Assembly (NCBI GenBank): GCA_009995365.1
Contig: JAACPR010000001.1
Location: forward strand, 30,680 to 94,679
Origin: Candidatus Parcubacteria bacterium
GTDB taxonomy: Bacteria > Patescibacteriota > Minisyncoccia > Phycocordibacterales > JAACPR01
DNA: 64,000 bases
Reading direction: 5' to 3'
The notes under the pieces were generated by a model that was not told where the DNA came from, made no database searches, and was given only the letters and a program-made list of their open reading frames with translations. Positions 61,178-64,000 of this stretch are shown here, piece after piece (position 1 is the stretch's first letter; each line of letters starts with the position of its first letter). A program made the position numbers and the translations under genes.

Positions 61178-62305
61178 ATGAAAATACTTTTTACAGGAGG
61201 AGGAACAGGAGGACACTTTTATCCAATAATCGCAGTCGCACAAGCAATGCGAGAAGTTTCCAAAGAACAAAAACTTTTGGATCAGGATTTATATTTTATA
61301 GGCCCAGACCCATACAATAAAAAAATTCTTTTTGATAATAAAATAACATATAAAAATGTTCCAGCTGGAAAAATTCGCAGATACTTTTCTCTTTTAAATG
61401 TGGTTGATCTTTTCAAAACCGGAATTGGAATTTTGAAAGCAGTTTGGACTGTCTTTTGGATTTATCCAGATGTAATCTTTAGCAAAGGTGGCTACGGAAG
61501 TTTCCCTGTAGTTTTGATTGGTAGATTTCTCGGTATTCCAATTATAATTCACGAATCAGATAGCACACCAGGTGTTGTTAACAAGTGGGCAGGGAAGTTC
61601 GCTGATAAAGTTGCTGTTTCCTATCCTGAAGCAGGAGAATTTTTTATAAAAGAAAAAGTTGCTTGGACTGGTAACCCTGTCAGAAAAGAAATTGCAAATG
61701 TTGTGAAAGATGGGGCTGCTGAATATCTCGACTTAGAAAGAGATGTTCCTGTAATATTAATACTTGGTGGATCACAAGGGTCTGAAATTATAAACGAAGC
61801 GATAATCGACGCTTTACCGAAATTAATAAGCGATTACCAAATCATCCACCAAACCGGCAAGAAAAATTTTGAATTAGTCAAAAATACTGCCGACGTTGTT
61901 ATGGGAGATGATGAGCATAAATATAGATACCACGCTTACCCTTATTTAGATGACCTTGCAATGAAAATGTCTGCTGGTGCCTCTGATATAATTATTAGTC
62001 GTGCAGGTTCAACATTATTTGAAATATCAACTTGGCAAAGACCCGCCATAATAATTCCTATTACAAAATCAAATAGGAACCACCAAAAAATTAACGCATA
62101 CACTTATGCTAGATTTGGTGGCGGAACTGTAATCGAAGAAAGGAACTTATCAGATGATATAATAGTGAATGAAATAAACCGAATATTAACTAACGAAGAC
62201 ATTAAAAACAAAATGATTGAAGGTGCCAAAAAATTTGCAAAGCCGAACGCAGCAAAAACAATCGCGGAAGAAATTTTAGAAACCGCACTAAGACATCAAA
62301 AATAA
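61178..62305 (+). CDS. murG: Lipid II GlcNAc transferase
   Basis: GGGTGGHFYP, HESD, TGNPVR, GGSQG, SRAGS. Confidence 0.96.
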   Translation: MKILFTGGGTGGHFYPIIAVAQAMREVSKEQKLLDQDLYFIGPDPYNKKILFDNKITYKNVPAGKIRRYFSLLNVVDLFKTGIGILKAVWTVFWIYPDVIFSKGGYGSFPVVLIGRFLGIPIIIHESDSTPGVVNKWAGKFADKVAVSYPEAGEFFIKEKVAWTGNPVRKEIANVVKDGAAEYLDLERDVPVILILGGSQGSEIINEAIIDALPKLISDYQIIHQTGKKNFELVKNTADVVMGDDEHKYRYHAYPYLDDLAMKMSAGASDIIISRAGSTLFEISTWQRPAIIIPITKSNRNHQKINAYTYARFGGGTVIEERNLSDDIIVNEINRILTNEDIKNKMIEGAKKFAKPNAAKTIAEEILETALRHQK

Positions 62306-62307
62306 TT

Positions 62308-63726
62308 ATGCTTAAAATATTTAACTTTTTAAAAAACAATAAAGATGAAACTGGCGTCAGAAAAACTACTGACCAGGGTAGCCAAATTGTGACCAGGATC
62401 GCCCCTTCACCAACCGGAGTATTACATGTTGGAACTGCTAGAACTGCGCTTTTTAATTATTTATATGCAAAGCAAAATAACGGAAAATTTATTGTAAGAA
62501 TAGAAGATACAGACAAAGAGCGAAGCACTAAGGAATTTGAAAAAGATATTTTAGATTCACTAGAGTGGCTCGGCTTGGATCATGATGAATTTTATAGACA
62601 ATCAGAACGAGGAGAAATTTATAGAAAATACATAGAAAAATTAACCGAGGAAGGAAAAGCATACATTTCAAAAGAAGAAGCTAAAGAAGAAGGACAAAGG
62701 TCCGAAGTGATTAGGTTTAAAAATCCAAATAAAGAAATAATTTTTGAAGATCTAGTTCGTGGTGAAATTTCATTCGATACTACAGAATTAGGAGATTTTA
62801 TTATTGCAAAATCGGTAGACGAACCACTCTATCATCTAGCGGTCGTAGTCGACGATCACGAGATGGGTGTAACTCATATTTTTCGAGGAGAAGACGGTAT
62901 TTCTAACACCCCTAGACAAATCCTAATCCAAGACGCAATCGGCGCACAGAGGCCAAAATACGCCCATTTACCACTAATTCTAGGCCCTGATAAGTCAAAA
63001 TTATCAAAAAGACATGGTGCGACATCACTAAACGCTTTTAGAGAGCAAGGATATTTCAAAGAAGCGATTCTAAATCATCTAGCATTTCTAGGATGGAACC
63101 CTGGTGATGAACGAGAAATATTTTCTCTGGAAGAACTGATTAAGGATTTTGATATAAAAAAAGTTAGTAAAGGTGGAGCAGTATTCAACATTGAAAAATT
63201 AGATTGGTTTAATAAACACTATCTAGAAAACTTGAACGATGAAGAAATATTAAAAGTAGCCAAAGAGAGAATCAAAGAAAAAATGAAGTCTTCGGTCGCA
63301 GATTATAACGAAGAAATAATTTCAAAACTAATTCCACTGATCAGAGAACGAATTGAAAAATTTAGCGACTTAGATAAATTAATCGAGGAAGGGGAGTTTG
63401 ATTACTATTTTAAAGAGCCAATTTTGAGTGAGCCAGAAAAACTTATCTGGAAAAAATCAGACAAAGAAAAAACAACACAACATTTAGAAAAAGTCAAAGA
63501 AATAATTTCTGAAAATGAAGAAAAAAATAACCCTGACGAAGCAAAAGAATTGCTTTGGAATTATGCCGAAGAAGTAGGGAAGGGTGATGTGTTGTGGCCT
63601 ACTCGCTATGCACTTTCCGGTCGTGATAAATCTCCGGATCCATTTACATTAATCAGTATTTTAGGAAAAGAAAAAACTTTACAAAGAATTATTAACGCGA
63701 TTGATAAATTAAATGGTAATAATTAA
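62308..63726 (+). CDS. gltX: Glutamate-tRNA ligase
   Basis: RIAPSPTGVLHVG, RIEDTD, VVDDHEMG, KLSKR. Confidence 0.97.
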   Translation: MLKIFNFLKNNKDETGVRKTTDQGSQIVTRIAPSPTGVLHVGTARTALFNYLYAKQNNGKFIVRIEDTDKERSTKEFEKDILDSLEWLGLDHDEFYRQSERGEIYRKYIEKLTEEGKAYISKEEAKEEGQRSEVIRFKNPNKEIIFEDLVRGEISFDTTELGDFIIAKSVDEPLYHLAVVVDDHEMGVTHIFRGEDGISNTPRQILIQDAIGAQRPKYAHLPLILGPDKSKLSKRHGATSLNAFREQGYFKEAILNHLAFLGWNPGDEREIFSLEELIKDFDIKKVSKGGAVFNIEKLDWFNKHYLENLNDEEILKVAKERIKEKMKSSVADYNEEIISKLIPLIRERIEKFSDLDKLIEEGEFDYYFKEPILSEPEKLIWKKSDKEKTTQHLEKVKEIISENEEKNNPDEAKELLWNYAEEVGKGDVLWPTRYALSGRDKSPDPFTLISILGKEKTLQRIINAIDKLNGNN

Positions 63727-64000
63727 TTACAAAAAAATATTAGGAAAAAAACCAACCATAATTATTTTATCTGCAATTTTGATATTGATTTCCGCTTTGG
63801 CAATAAAACAAGATAATTTTGTCTTTGCTAATACAGAAGTAGACCAACTTAATCAGCAAATTTCAGAAAAAGAAAGAGAATTGGATCGTATTAATGCTGA
63901 AATTCGCCGTTTGGAAGCATCGGCAACTGATGCTAATAATAAATCTAAATCACTTCAAAATACCATAAACGCCTTGGAAGCTTCTAAAAGAAAAATTACT
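63713..64000 (+). CDS. Signal/TM plus coiled-coil protein, 3'-truncated (EnvC/M23-like N-terminus)
   Basis: Manual translation MVIINYKKILGKKPTIIILSAILILISALA...LNQQISEKERELDRINAEIRRLE, open to the window end. Confidence 0.65.
   Translation, partial: MVIINYKKILGKKPTIIILSAILILISALAIKQDNFVFANTEVDQLNQQISEKERELDRINAEIRRLEASATDANNKSKSLQNTINALEASKRKIT

Overview
AT-rich, very gene-dense bacterial chromosome segment with about 60 CDS (almost all on the + strand) and one tRNA-Ala(TGC). I see no rRNA, CRISPR array, transposase or prophage. Gene content and streamlined proteins suggest a Patescibacteria (CPR, Parcubacteria-like) genome read with code 11 (inference). It holds rpoB-rpoC-dnaG-rpoD, a UvrD/PD-(D/E)XK fusion, tgt-uvrB...uvrA...uvrC, six aminoacyl-tRNA synthetases, the alpha r-protein operon running into rplM-rpsI-grpE-dnaK-dnaJ, and scpAB-dac-mraY-ftsW-murG-gltX. 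Most notable observations: (1) core genes mostly have a -10 box 6-9 nt before the ATG and look leaderless; (2) three ORFan-like genes interleaved in the uvr cluster are self-contained cassettes with a TTGAC promoter and a strong terminator, two of them with a boxA-like leader; (3) a stand-alone sigma70 region-4/delta-subunit-like HTH fusion; (4) LeuRS with an intact Nudix hydrolase inserted; (5) an FtsA/actin-fold gene paired with a membrane-anchored baseplate-J-like gene; (6) an ATP-cone nuclease; (7) reduced UvrA and UvrC. All calls come from motif recognition by eye; no database searches were run.
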